Counted from the first letter of the whole stretch, positions 36,470 to 49,090 are shown. The stretch is DNA of 58,766 nt, filler included, from Basidioascus undulatus (GCA_000826855.1; 4 parts of 4 records of this genome joined end to end with filler, not necessarily neighbours in it); one strand, 5' to 3'. Translations and numbers: made by a program. Notes: generated by a model not told the origin, from the letters alone.

Positions 36470-38440
36470 CAAAGAAGCACAGGCTGCCATGGTTCTCAAT
36501 GTCCGCCTTCTCATAGCGATATACAGGGCTTGAACGTACCATCACGATCCGCTCGAGCTCCCCGGCGACCGCGGCGCGGTCGGTGAGCGGAGGGCCCTTT
36601 GGCGGACCGACAGCTCTTCCAGCTTGTTCAGGATGGACTCGTCTGTGGGGTACTTTATGTCTGTAATGTGTCCTTGCTCTCAGGGTATTGTCGGAGAAAT
36701 TAAGTGGGTGGGAGATGCGCCTAGACGGCGGCGGCAGTCAAGAAACTACCGCACCTTGACGACGCGAAAGACGGACTTAGATTTGTAGCGTGCGGGAGAG
36801 GATCTGAATCTGACTCGGCAGACGCCGCATTCCCGCGGGAGGCACCCTTTTCCTCCAGAAATCCATTCAAGGTTCCCATTCGCAACGGATGCATCGAGAA
36901 GAGAAAGGCGCGGCTGGCTCTCGCGGTGGCAGCTCGCAGCTCCTCCAGCACGACGAGGTGTTAGCTTTGAGAAACCCCCCATCGGATTGCACGTATCATT
37001 AGAAATTTACATCATGCGCAAATTTGATTGTACCTCCAGGCGGGCAAGGTGAAGCAATCCAAGTTGAAGAGTGCTTCGTACAGCATCTCCATCGCGAACC
37101 CAGCATGCAGTCATCTCAATTCCCATCCCCCCATCTTGTCTTCGTAAGACTCAACGACCATGGCCTTTCTTCCCGCCGCCCCAACCATCATGATGGTAAT
37201 CAACTTCGGGTATTCGTTGTTTCCTGTAGTAACACAAGCCAGAGGCGCACGTTAGCAGCAGGGGCGCAGGAGGTGCGACGGCGACGGATGGACGTACCCT
37301 GCACGCGGCGCATCCACGCATTGTGCGGGTGGCATGGACCGAGCATTTGGATGGCGCGGTAGATATCCAGGCTGTTGTGCAAGATACGTTGGACGGGGAA
37401 AGCCTCACGTTGCGTAGAAGAGAGGACTCACAATCCGCCGGAGAAGCACAGACTGCCGTGGTTCTCGATGTCCGGGTTGGGATGTCTTTCATCACAAGCC
37501 TACCACAAAATCATATTCAGGCTGGTGTACCGGACTTTGTTGAGTAGCGGGAAAGTGGACGCACCATCACGAGCCGCTCCAACTCCCTTTCGACCGCGAC
37601 GCGGTCAGCGAACGGCGGGAGGTCGGGCGGACTGACTCCTGCGCGGAGGCGCGCGTTGAGACCGTCCGCGGTGAGGATGATCGTGAATCTGAGAAAGAAG
37701 AAACAAGATTGTTCGGGGCCGTTGAAGAGAGGGTGGAATCCCAAGAGCTCACGCTACGATTTCCCGAGGATCGGCCTCCTCCACCAGCGCTTTCATCTTG
37801 TTCAGGATGGACTCGTCTGTGTAGTTCGTCATGCTCGACGGGGGTTGTGATGGTTACGATGGCATCCTGAGTTATGTTAATTCCGTGTGACTTATCGGCC
37901 ACGCGCTGGGACTGGCTGCTGTCCGCCTTCATGAGCTCCAGGCGGGTGCAGTCGTAGCATTGGCCACCCGGGTAGCGGGCGGTGCGTATGCATGAGTTGT
38001 AGAACCCGAGCCTGTGGGTGTAAGCGAACGGCGCCTGACCTCGCCTACTACGGGGCTGCCTGTTCCCAGATTCCTCGTTTCTAGGGAGCGGGGGTGGGAG
38101 CAGATCTGGCAGAAGCGTCGGCAACCCCAAAGTCGTCGTCGGTGTCCACGTACCAGCCCGGTGTGCACGGGATGGACCACGTCGCTCCTGCGAAGAGATC
38201 CATGCATTGGTTCTTGAGCCATGAGTATGGGTATCATCAGTGAAGATCAGTGGGTGGGAGATGCGCCCTCGCTTGTTGCAGACGGGTAAGGCAGCCACGG
38301 CTCTGGGATTGGAATTAGCGGGGATGATAGGAAGGAATTGGAGGTCGAAGGGAACCGTCAGGGAAGGTGTAACGAATGCCGTTCGGTCGCCGCGGGCAGG
38401 GAACGACAGTCTGAAACTTGACTCGGCAGCGCGCAGTCAT
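36470..38440 (-). pseudogene. Two tandem decayed copies of an unknown spliced gene
   Basis: Blocks shared in the same order: DIENHGSLCF (about 36475 and 37445), DR.AV..ELER.VM (about 36540 and 37565), TDESILNK (about 36620 and 37795), agtgggtgggagatgcgcc (about 36703 and 38249). Confidence 0.55.
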
Positions 38441-39407
38441 GCCGGATGCATGCTTCTCAGCTCATACTAAGGGGTGGGATTGAGTATTAACCGCATAAGG
38501 TAGAGCAGTAATGCGTGCTCTCCTAGTCCATGGACAGAGCGCCGCATCTGGCTGCGCCGCTGCGCACACCACGACAGGTTGAGCTGGATAGACGCTGCCG
38601 AGGTCGAAGTTGCGACACGCAGATTTGGAAACTCCTTGAGCGAATCGAAGGCGCTAAGAGAGGTGTTAGCTATATGAGTCGAGTCGCGCCATGCCACGTC
38701 CAACGGTTTGGACGTAAGCCCAACGTGACCGTTGCGATACTCACTCTGAAGTGCAGTAATAACTTATCATGTCTGCCGAAGTTCAGTAAGCGTCGTAACG
38801 AGAGTGGTGAGTTTGAGGTTCAGGAGTTTGCGTTCATTACCCCTGACAGGGCTCGTCAGTTCAACTACCACGACGGTGAGATGAGGAGGCTCGACGGTGC
38901 CGTGGGTAACCTCGAGATTGCACGCTCGAAGGCGCCTCTCCACACTCACGTTGCAGCAGCAGGCAGGCTGATGAGCTCGATCGATCTGTGAAGGGATTCG
39001 AAGACTGGAAGTGATGATTGGTACGAGACTAAAGCGAAGGGCAGTCGAGCACGGTGAGCCGACAGCGGCACCGCCCACCCCTTCAACCGCGCGCCCCTCA
39101 GCGCGCATCGCAAATAATCTCATCAGCGCACATCACCCTCCTTCTCCCCCTGCTGCGGAGCCCCATCCTTCTCCAGAACGCTCCCCAGTCCCTTAACCAA
39201 AAACCCGTCCCTATCCAGCGGACCCTCAACCTCCTCCCCGACAGCCCCTCCCTGAAGCAAGAACGAGAAGCTCTCCGCCCTGATCCGTCCCGAGGGGGTC
39301 CTGGGCAAATAGGCGGCCGGGGGCTGTGTCTGGTTCGTGGGTGGGAGAGGCGGGGGTGTGAGGGAGGGTGTGGGCAGGGCTGGGGAGGGTGTGCGTGATG
39401 GGCGCAG

Positions 39408-39507
39408 NNNNNNNNNNNNNNNNNNNNNNNNNNNNNNNNNNNNNNNNNNNNTTAATTAATTAANNNNNNNNNNNNNNNNNNNNNNNNNNNNNNNNNNNNN
39501 NNNNNNN
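39408..39507. other. Artificial contig spacer N44-TTAATTAATTAA-N44
   Basis: Same 100-nt linker. Confidence 0.97.
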
Positions 39508-39604
39508 GCTGCCCATGTCCCGCTCGAACTCGATCTCACCTGTCAAGGAGTCGACGAGCCTGTGGGGCATCGCCGGCGCCGGCGTCAATCGCGGCGTTTG
39601 GTAA
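39508..39604 (+). CDS. 3' terminal fragment of an unidentified gene
   Basis: High-GC3 frame LPMSRSNSISPVKESTSLWGIAGAGVNRGVW* right after the gap, followed by a long pyrimidine-rich 3'UTR-like tract. Confidence 0.45.
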
Positions 39605-40454
39605 TCCTCCTCCCTCTCTCCTCGCCCTATCTTCATTCGCCGCCCGCCTCCTTCGTGTTGTTCCTCGTCACCTGAAGCAACATATTGAGTCTCGCCTTTC
39701 CGTTCTTTTCGGTTATTACACCCTTAGATTCGTGGTTCTTGTTCCGATCTCTTTTCGCGCTTGCTCGTACCCAACTCAAGCACTGCATTATTCCCGCTTC
39801 CCTTCCCGCATTCTTGGCCCGTGCCCGTCCTGCGTTCGTCCTTCCATCCTTCTGCCTCAACGCGCACGCGCAAAAACCCAAACGTTGATATAAAACACAC
39901 TCGTTTCCGTTCTCGTCCGTCCGTCACATCTCATCGTCGCCGTTGTAGCAAAGCATCATTTTTCTACTCCCTACCGTCTCCATCTCATCATGCCCCACCC
40001 TGCATCACTTTTTTAAACCTGTTCTCTTTCCACTCCCTCTGCATCTCGCCTTCTTCCACCCCACCCAATGTTCTTGCAGTAAAGTTTTGTTTCGTTGAGC
40101 AGCAAAGACCAAAATGAAATATCGAATGTCGCAGTCGTTACATCTGAACCATCGCGTGCATAGCGCAAGGTGTTCTGGGTTAAACATGTTCACTTTTTGT
40201 CTGGGCACCAAGATGAAATCGACCGAAACTTTCTCAGCTGCCGGCACAGTCCTCGAGTAAGAGCACCTGGGGGGCATTCAGCTGTCCAACATCGTGCACT
40301 GTCTCGAGCCCCTCTGTGGACTGTCTTCTACTTCTACTTCTCTGCTCGGTGATCCTGTTCCTCAGGCCTTTCAATCTTCTATCGACCATGTTCATGCATA
40401 CCAGGTGAGGTGATAGACACAGATTCTTAAATTTTCTAGAGTCCTTTTAAACAA

Positions 40455-40532
40455 GCTTGGGTGGGGTAGTGGTAACCTGGGTCGTTGCCATAGAATTTCG
40501 ACCCGCCCCGTGTTCGATTCACGGTTCAAGCA
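40455..40532 (+). tRNA. tRNA-Gly(GCC) with a very short intron
   Basis: Acceptor GCTTGGG/TTCAAGC-A, D arm GGGT-AGTGGTA-ACCT, anticodon stem GGTCG-TT-GCC-A[tagaatt]T-CGACC, T arm CCGTG-TTCGATT-CACGG, and a TTTT terminator at 40537-40540. Confidence 0.92.
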
Positions 40533-40763
40533 GTCCTTTTGCCTGTCATCTCCCTCGAATGGTGTTACCCATACATCGATGGAACTTCGCAGCAACTGGC
40601 TTTTCCTCTGGAACCTTTATTATCCCTGTTCTCTTTTTCCTTTCGTAAGAGGGCATACGAGAATTGGAGGCCTTCGGTCCAGCGTGGCGACAGTCGCGAC
40701 CTTGCGCGACCGGTCGCGTCTTCTCTTTTCTCTTGACCACCATCATCCACGCATGCTCCTGCC

Positions 40764-42390
40764 ATGGCACATACCCCTCCCTCATCTAATGCCCTCGCAT
40801 CGCTCTCGCCTGAGCTGCTCGGCCTGTGCTGCTCTTTCCTCTCCCCGCGCGACGTGCTCTCGCTCTCCCTGACGAGCAAGGCACAGTCTGCGCTCACCCT
40901 ACCCCATTTATACTCGACCGTGCGCCTCAATGTCGCCCTCAACCAGCCTTCTCTTCCACTAGACCGCGAGCCGCCCATCCGCCGACTCGAGCTGCGTCTG
41001 CACAACTTTGATCTCTTCACGCGCAAGAAGTACAACTCGGGCGGGGAGATCGCGACGCCCCAAAGCAAGGAGACGTGCTTTGCTGCTGTGGAGAGACTCA
41101 AAGGGGCGGTCGAGTTGCTTGTGCGGCTCGGAAGGAGTAGCCAGCTGAAGGAAGATGTGGTCGATGAGGATGTCTTGGGGCAGGAGGACTTTAAGCTCGC
41201 GGCGAGACTCGTCAGGGCCGTTTCGCTTGTGCGGGACTTGCAGCATTTGGATCTGTGTCTCGCATTCCGGTGTCTCGATGGACTTGCAGCACCGTCGATC
41301 GAATAGTCGAACGTTAAAGAAGACGCGATCGAGCCTCTTCCAGCGCTCCGCTTGCTTGTCCTCACCGGCGAGCGCTGGCACCGCGCTCCCTGGCTGACGA
41401 CCTTCGCCTCCCGCCCATCGCATCCTCGTCCTTGACCTTGCAAACGCTCACACTCGCGCACCCCTATCAGGTGGAGCAACAACATGCCTCCATTGCTGCC
41501 CTCGCTCCGGACCTCATTCCTCCCCACTACGAACGCCTCCCTCCACACCCTCTCCCTCACAGGCCTGAGCCTACCCCCCGACCCTGAATCTGCATTCCAC
41601 ACTTTCCTTCTCGCCCATCCCCACTTGACCTCCCTCCGCTTCAAACTCTTCCTCCGGGGCCAACCTCCGCACTGCGCCCCTTCCGCGACCTCCTGCTCCG
41701 TGGCTCCCCGCGCGCTCAAATGCAACATCCCAAATGTACACGACCTCCTCTCGACCATCTCCCCCCCGAAACACCTCATGACGCTCTCCGCACCAGGCGC
41801 ACTCGATCCCCCCGTCCGCGAGCTCCTCCAGCTCGTTCAGAAGCAACATACCCCGCTCAAAGCTTCTCCGCTTGGCATTCATCGAGGACCGGAACCGCAA
41901 AGTGCTCTCTGTCCATGGACACTTGCGTCATGCTGACTGATTCGCTCGAGATCCTCGATTGCAACTGGGAGATTCCGCGCATGAAGGACGTTGTGCGTTC
42001 CCCCCTCCCTCCTCTTCTCTCATGAACGACCTCTGCTGACTCATACGCACAACCCCGCGCGCAGCCGGAGCTCATCCAGTCCTCCCTCAGCCCCCTCAAG
42101 AGCCTCCGCTTTGCGAACCTGCACTACTGGGTGAACCTGACCGCCGAGAGGAGATGCGCGCGCTGGCACGGGACGTGAAGAAGAGCGGGTGTCGCACGCT
42201 CGAGGGGCTCGCGTACAAGGGGCCCGTGGCGGAGCTTGGGCAGCGAGGGAGGCGGGAGCAGTTTGGGAGGAGGAGATGGACCAGGTAGACCAGGCTTTGG
42301 AGAGGTTGAATGGGGGAATTTTTGAGGCGGATTGAGGGCAGGAGAGAGAGGCGACGGTACATGCTGGGGTTTGCCTTTGCTTGCACATAG
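40764..42390 (+). pseudogene. F-box protein with LRR-like C-terminus, disrupted
   Basis: F-box LASLSPELLGLCCSFLSPRDVLSLSLTSK..LPHLYSTV. There is an in-frame TAG at 41304, and LRR-like text continues ([44 protein letters not shown]) in shifting frames. Confidence 0.7.
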
Positions 42391-43132
42391 CGTGAACGCC
42401 GGCGATATGGAATACGCGCAATCTGGTGCGCATGCAGCATTAGCTGAGGTTTGTCGGCGCCGCTTTGACAAGTGACCTCGAAACGATGGCGGCTCAACGT
42501 CGTGCAGCTCACTCCTTGTGGGTATATAGCACGGTGTCACTGTTCTGCTTGAACTTCCCGAACATTTATGTATTTATAATTCTGCTCTAAGATTTGCCCT
42601 TTCTAATATTTCCAGGTTTTCCTGGGCAGTTGCACCTTCAAGACCCATCACACACCGGAGATGCGAGTGCGCAATGGTACCAACTGGACTGTGTGACAAC
42701 CCTTGCTCTGGTTTACATATTTACTCACAGATGTCCTGGGTTATTTTGCAGGTTTTCAATTTTTTCCTGTACTAATATCGTGGGTTGACTTGACGACTTG
42801 CGGGATGTTCCCTTGGACATTCGCAGCGCAGCGGCATCCGGAGTAGTGCCGCTTAAGGGAGTATGGTGCTCGGCTCCCGAGGGAGACTATTCAGACTTAA
42901 CAATTGCAACCGATAGGTGCTGGGAGAGTCGATGTGTATGGGAATTGCTTGGGCGTGTGTAGTTCTCAGACGCCCTGCGTTGCTGACGGCATGAAATTAC
43001 TTTGTATGTTTTGCGTAAACCAATGCTTCTAACCTGTCAAATCGGCCCTGGGACGTACCTGTTCAAGGCTGAATGCCGATCTAGGCCAGCCTTTTTTACC
43101 CCGGCCTTCTGTTCTGCCGCCAATTCGAAAGA

Positions 43133-43459
43133 CTACTGACCTGACGGATTTGACAACCGTGCCCTCGGCCCCAACCCCACCTTCTTCTGCCCCCCGTCCG
43201 TTGCTCCCTCCCACGCCTGCGCTTCCTTAAAGTCGCCCTTGGTTCTCGTGCTCTTCAAGAAAACTCTCATATGGACACACGCCTCCGCTCGCTCCCAGCA
43301 TGCCGCCAAACGTTCAGCCTCAGCCTCAACCTTACTCGTCCAAATGGCCGCCCGGCTGAGTACGTTCCCTCCTTGAAGCTCGACGTAAACCGAACGTACC
43401 CGGGCGGGCGTCCATTTGAACGTGTTGAGGTTGGGGTGAGGCTGAAGGGTCGAAGGCAT
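43133..43459 (-). CDS. Hypothetical 108-aa protein overlapping the inverted repeat
   Basis: ATG after a C/A-rich leader, reading MPSTLQPHPNLNTFKWTPARVRSVYVELQ...; no recognisable family. Confidence 0.3.
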   Translation of the reverse strand: MPSTLQPHPNLNTFKWTPARVRSVYVELQGGNVLSRAAIWTSKVEAEAERLAACWERAEACVHMRVFLKSTRTKGDFKEAQAWEGATDGGQKKVGLGPRARLSNPSGQ

Positions 43460-43465
43460 GCTGGG
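43294..43465. repeat. Long imperfect inverted repeat (arms about 43294-43367 and 43392-43465)
   Basis: cccagcatgcc..ttcagcctca..caacct..caaatgg..ccgcccgg..gtacgttc is the reverse complement of gaacgtac-ccgggcgg..ccatttg..aggttg..tgaggctgaa..ggcatgctggg. Confidence 0.85.
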
Positions 43466-45676
43466 TGCGTGTCTGGCGGTGTGTGTGGGTTGTCGCGAGG
43501 AGGGCGAGTGCCGAGTGCTGCGTGAAGGAAGGGCAGGTGGAAGGAGAAGTGGATGATGTCTGTTGGAGCTTTCGATTCAATACATTCGGCGCATTCAATA
43601 TACTCGGCGCTTCCAGTCCCACCCAGGGGTACGGCAGCCGACGGTCGTTCATGCGGGTGACGCCCTGGTGCTTCACGGGGGAGCACTGTCTGCGTCGAAA
43701 GCATGATACACTTATCATTCGGTACTACCGTACCTGGCCGCACCACCAGGCACCTTTGCTTCCTTTCTTTTCGTGATATATCCCTCAACAGATGCGATGC
43801 TTGCGGTGCTTGTTAAACGACTCGCAAGTATCATATCCGTCTTGTACGGTGCAGCGCCCAGACCACGGTATCCATCCTTGCCCAGGGTCTGCCGTCCCGT
43901 ACTTGGGAGGGTGGACAAGGCAAGTTTCATGCTCAGGGACAGCAGGTTGTGTCGTTCTAGAGACGGTGTCATGGCTCATCTGTCGCACCGCGGGAACGTC
44001 CGGGCAACCAGCTCGGAATACTTTCCAAAAAAATCAGTGGGTTTCTAGGAACCTTCCTTCTTTTCTGCAATGGTGCGGTATACTGTCCAGTCGAGGAAAC
44101 GACCGATCTTTCTGGTGTCTTTAAGCTCATAGACTCCCAAAAGAGCTTCATGTATAGGAAATTTTGGGAGATAGGGTCGGACGCTCAAACATGATAGGCT
44201 CCAGCTCGAGGGTGCAAAATCGTTTGCGGCATTTTGCTCACTGGAATACTGCACATGGGCACACTTTGAAGTTCCTGAATGGCGAACAGTAAATTTATTA
44301 AAACATCATAATTATGAGTGTGGCCCTTTAAAGCGTCCCAGCAACCGGCGAAAGGCAATGAGGCAAAGCCACATCCTTCTTTCTCGCTTGTAAAAACGTG
44401 GCACTTGAGAAGCTCCTCAAGGAGATTGGTGCCTTTCCGGAGCCATGAACTCCCGCGAAAACCTATCTGGGACCTAAAAGCGTTCATTACCGAAAGCTTT
44501 TGGCTCTACGTCAATATTTCCATGCTGGGAAATGGGCTGCACACCACGCCTTGAGGTTGAAGCATATACAAATCACGTGCCCAGCACTTGCATCAAAGTC
44601 GCGTAGGAACCTACTATAAAAAGAAGGCTATACATACTCCCGCCATCGGATATATGCACAGCAGTTCTCTAAAAGCCTACAGTACTCCTCAGGACGTAGG
44701 CAGTCAGGTAAGTCCACCCATGTGCAGGAAGGGAAGTTTCGCTACTGCATCTTCCTTCTACTTTTAAGACGGCGGGCAGGCGCAATTGTGCTCATAGGCG
44801 GAGACGTGACCCTCGACCTCAACGACTCTGCGATCTGCCGCCTGCCGTGAGCATCTCACTGTGGATATTATTATGCTGCGCATCCTGCAACTTTGCACCT
44901 TGGGTATTAGGGAAGTACCACAGCGATTCGCACCATTCAACAAGGTTCGTCTCATCACACCCACCAGCAGAGAACACGCTGCCACGCCACGCCGCTCGCT
45001 GCCCAGCATTCGCCTTCCGCGCCGACAGCAGCGCAATGAATTCTTTCCATCAATCACCAACACACACCCAGACACAGCCGATGGTCCAAACGGAAGAGAT
45101 GTTCCTGCATCTAATTTCGAACACCCCACGAAGTACAAGGAGTCGCCCGAACTCACGACGAGGAAAGGTGTGCTCTGCAAGCACTCGTGCCGCCGCGACA
45201 TGCGAGCATGCGAGGGGGTGAAGAGACAGGACCGTCAGGGGTGGGGTCGGATCCGTCGTCGTCGTGCTTGGTGGAGAACAAGAAGGGGAAGGGAGAGGAA
45301 GGAGGAAGACGCGGGGGCGTCGGCGATTAGAAGCTGATTGCGGGGAGGGAGGAGTTCTTGGGGTCGATAGCTGGCTCGCTTAGGGGATGGGCCGGTGCGG
45401 CGCTGTTTCGTACTTTTGGGAGCTCAGCTCCTCTTGATTAGGCGCAAAAGCCTTCCGAAAGTATTTTGTATATCACTGTGCCATGAAGAGATGCCGCGTT
45501 TGTGCAAAATGTTTTGATATGGACCCGTTACGTTGTTCCTCGAAGCGAGAAGCCGAGCGCCCTCGGGCCCTTCCCGGCTCGCGCCATGGCCGGCCTTCGC
45601 TGTCCCCAGTCCCACTCCATCCTCACCCTCACCCACCCCATCTCCTCGCATCTTCTCCTTTCCCCCCCTAATCGCC

Positions 45677-47804
45677 ATGCTCCGCTGCGCCTTTGCCAAG
45701 GTCTGTACACCGTGCTCATTCTACCCGTGCAAACACGGCGGTGGCAGCGGCGAGGGGAAGACGTTGACGCTGGCATCTTGGCCCACCGCCAGTCCTTCCC
45801 CCGCCCGGCGATCGCCCAGGTCCAGAAGCGGTACCTCTCCATCCACGAGTTCCGCTCTGTGGAGCTGCTCAACCAGGTCAGCTCACGTTTCATTCCGGCC
45901 GCGTGTCTGACCTGGACACGGCTCATTCGAAAGAGGGATGACAGTACGGCGTCGCGACCCCCAAGTCCGTCCCCGCCTTCTCTGCCGATGAGGCGTTCAA
46001 CGCTGCCAAGAACTTTGGTAAGTTGCGTGTGACGTGAGGCGGGGGGGATGAAGGAGAAGCAGGGGGCGTGGTAGCTGATGCTTGAATGGAATGAACGCCA
46101 GGCAAGGACAAGCTCGTCATCAAGGCGCAGGTCCTCGCTGGCGGCCGTGGCAAGGGCCACTTTGACAACGGCTTCAAGTCGGGCGTGCACTTGATCGACT
46201 CGTGCGTCGGCTGGTCGACGCGTCCATGTGGTGTAGCGGAGGGGCGAGGAGCTAATGTGGGGTGCTTGTGCGGGGGAACCAGCCCGGAGAAGGCGAAGGA
46301 GATCGCGAGCAAGATGCTCGGCGCGAAGCTCATCACCAAGCAGACGGGCGCGGGCGGCCGTCTTTGCAACGCTGTGCGTCTTCTCCCCTCTCTCCCACCC
46401 TGCTGTCGGCCGCACAGACTGAGGTTCTTTTCCGCAGGTGATGCTCGCGGAGGCGCGCACGCCCGAGCACGAGTATTACGCCGCGATCCTGAACGACCGG
46501 TCCTCTCTCGGGCCCGTGCTCGTGACGTCGCGCGAGGGCGGGATGAACATCGAGGACGTCGCGCGGGACACGCCCGAGGCGATCATCACCACCCCGATCG
46601 ACTTTGAGAAGGGCCTGAGCACGGAGGACGCCACGGCGGTCGCAAAGAAGCTCGGGTTCAAGACGGACGAGGCGCAAAAGCAGGCGGCTGAGATCTTCCA
46701 GAACTTATACAAGGTCTTCAAGGACAAGGACATGACCCAGGTCGAGATCAACCCGCTCGCTGAGACCCAGGACGGCGCCGTCCTCGCGTGCGTCTTCTTT
46801 TTCCTGCCCCTCCCTGCCCCTCTCCTTCACCTTTCTGGGACTCACCTGCACATTGCTGATTCCGTGCGATTTTGGGCGTTGGGATGGATGCAGCATGGAC
46901 GCCAAGTTCGGCTTCGATGAGAACGCCGAGTTCCGGCAGAAGGAGATCTTCAAGCTGCGCGACACGACGCAGGAGGACCCGCAGGAGGTCGAGGCCGCCG
47001 AGTCTGGCCTCAACTTTATCAAGCTCGACGGCAACATCGGCTGCCTCGTCAACGGCGCCGGCCTCGCCATGGCCACCATGGACGTCCTCACCCTCCACGG
47101 CGGCCGCCCCGCGAACTTCCGTGAGTCGGGTGCACCGGAGCGGCGGGGTTGGGAGGAGGGCGCGGGCATCCGTGTGCTGATGAAGGGATTTGGGGGATGC
47201 AGTCGACGTCGGTGGTGGTGCCAACAAGGACGCCGTCAAGAAGGCGTTCGAGCTCCTCCTGACTGAGAAGGCTGTCCGGGCTGTACGTGCATTTTCTCTT
47301 CTGGTCTCCTTTCGAAGTCCGACTGCTCAACCGTCGTTTCTTGACTGCAGATCTACGTCAACGTGCGCATTCATTTCTTTCGTTTACTGGCTATACTCCC
47401 TTGCCCAGCCGGCTGACATGCCTTTCCACTCCCCTCCTTCAGATCTTCGGTGGTATCATGGTACGCCCGCCCTTCCTTCCCAAGCGCACCCTACCTTTTG
47501 CTCATATGCATGTGTTGGTATAAACAGCGCTGCGACGTCATCGCCGAGGGTGTCATCGCTGCAACCAAGGAGCTTGACCTCCAGATCCCGCTCATCGTCC
47601 GCCTGCAGGGCACCAAGTCGGACATCGCCAAGAAGCTCATCCAGGAGTCCGGCCTCAAGATCCAGGCGTTTGACGGTGCGTACCTCCTTCCCAGCCAATC
47701 TACCTACACCTTTCTATGGTATGCAAGGGAGGTTGAGACTTATGTGACTTGGACCAGGCCTCGACGAGGGTGCGCGCGCGGCTGTGGCGGCTGCGAATGC
47801 TTAA
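45677..47804 (+). CDS. LSC2: Succinyl-CoA ligase beta subunit, mitochondrial, multi-exon
   Basis: Presequence then [119 protein letters not shown]. Confidence 0.97.
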
Positions 47805-48180
47805 GGGAGCGGTTGTTAGTGGAGGGGAGGATCCGAAGGGAATTCGGGTGGGAGTTTGGATATGGTGCCTAAATAATGGGATGGCGAAGAGGACAGGGGG
47901 AGGGGATGGACTTGAGGCGCTCGCTTTCTCAGTTTTCTTGTTTTTACATACCTCTTTAGTGTATCATTTGGCGAAGGAGAGTGGCGCTATGTGAAGGATA
48001 AGAGGAGGGAAACGCAGCATTGATAGACTTAGCTTGAGATGACATGCAATACGTGTGCTGTAAATTAAGGAAGAGGAGCAGGGGCGTGGCAAGGAGGTCC
48101 GGCCCAGCACACGCGTCACTGCCGCGCCGCGTGCGAGTCGAGCGACCTCCTGGCAACTCACCCTCATCACTGACTCTGCC

Positions 48181-49090
48181 ATGGTGCGTGTGCAAGTTGA
48201 ACTTAGGAGACATAGAACTGAATATGATGGGTGTTCCAGTCATCATCTCTCGCCTCAGCCAACCCGGCAGTCAAAAAAATCAGCCAACCCGAATGGACGC
48301 AGCGGCTGAGCGAAGTCCACGTGTCAAAGTCGTACGCCCGTTCGCATCTGTCTCCTTCTCCTACATCTGAAAGAATACCAAACCGGAGCAGGGACCTGAA
48401 CCGCCTTGTGCTCGACTACCTCGTTGTGGAGGGGTACGCGGACGCGGCGGCGCGGTTTGCGGACGAGGCGGGCGTGCGTATGGGGGAGGACGATTTGAGG
48501 TTGATTAGGGAGCGGATGGACGTGAGGGAACGGATGAGGAGGGGCGATGTGAAGGGCGCTATGGAGGGTGTGAATGAGATTGATCCAGAGGTGCGTTTGG
48601 GGTGCGACGAGGTGCTTGTGGTGGCGGTTGGGAAGCTGATGCGTGAACGGGGGTGGCTGACCAGATCCTAGACCACAACCCGACGCTCCACTTCCACCTC
48701 CTCCTGCAACAGCTAATCGAGCTTATCCGGACGCGCCAAACCTCGGACGCGCTTTCCTTCGCGCGCTCCTCGCTCGCTCCGCGCGCCGCCGCGCAGCCGG
48801 CGCTCCTGCCCTCCCTGGAGCTGACCATGTCCCTCCTGGCCTTCGACGACCCGCTCTCGTCCGCGGTGCCCCCGCACATCCGGGGCCTGCTCTCCGAGGA
48901 GGAGCGCGAGCGCCGCGCGGGGGAGCTGAACCGCGCGATTCTGGAGAGCCAGGGGCGCAGCAAGGAGGCGCGCGTGAGGGGCGTGTGCAGGCTCCTGGCG
49001 TGGGGGGAGGGGATGCTGGAGGGGAAGGCGGAGTGGCCGAGGGTTGAGATGGGACGGGGGTATGCGGGGGAGGGGGAGGGGGAGAGGAGA
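48181..49090 (+). CDS. GID8: GID/CTLH complex subunit Gid8/TWA1 (LisH-CTLH-CRA), cut near its C-terminus by the gap
   Basis: ATG-only first exon, then LisH DLNRLVLDYLVVEGYADAAARF, CTLH GDVKGAMEGVNEIDPE/ILDHNPTLHFHLLLQQLIELIR, and CRA LELTMSLLAF..RAGELNRAIL. Confidence 0.9.

Noticed and set aside
38150..38210. Minus-strand MDLFAGA resembling C5 DNA methyltransferase motif I
   Set aside because: No following GG, and no properly spaced PCQ, ENV or QxRxR motifs found
40565..41779. 404-aa minus-strand ORF
   Set aside because: Antisense shadow of the F-box gene; its composition is not protein-like
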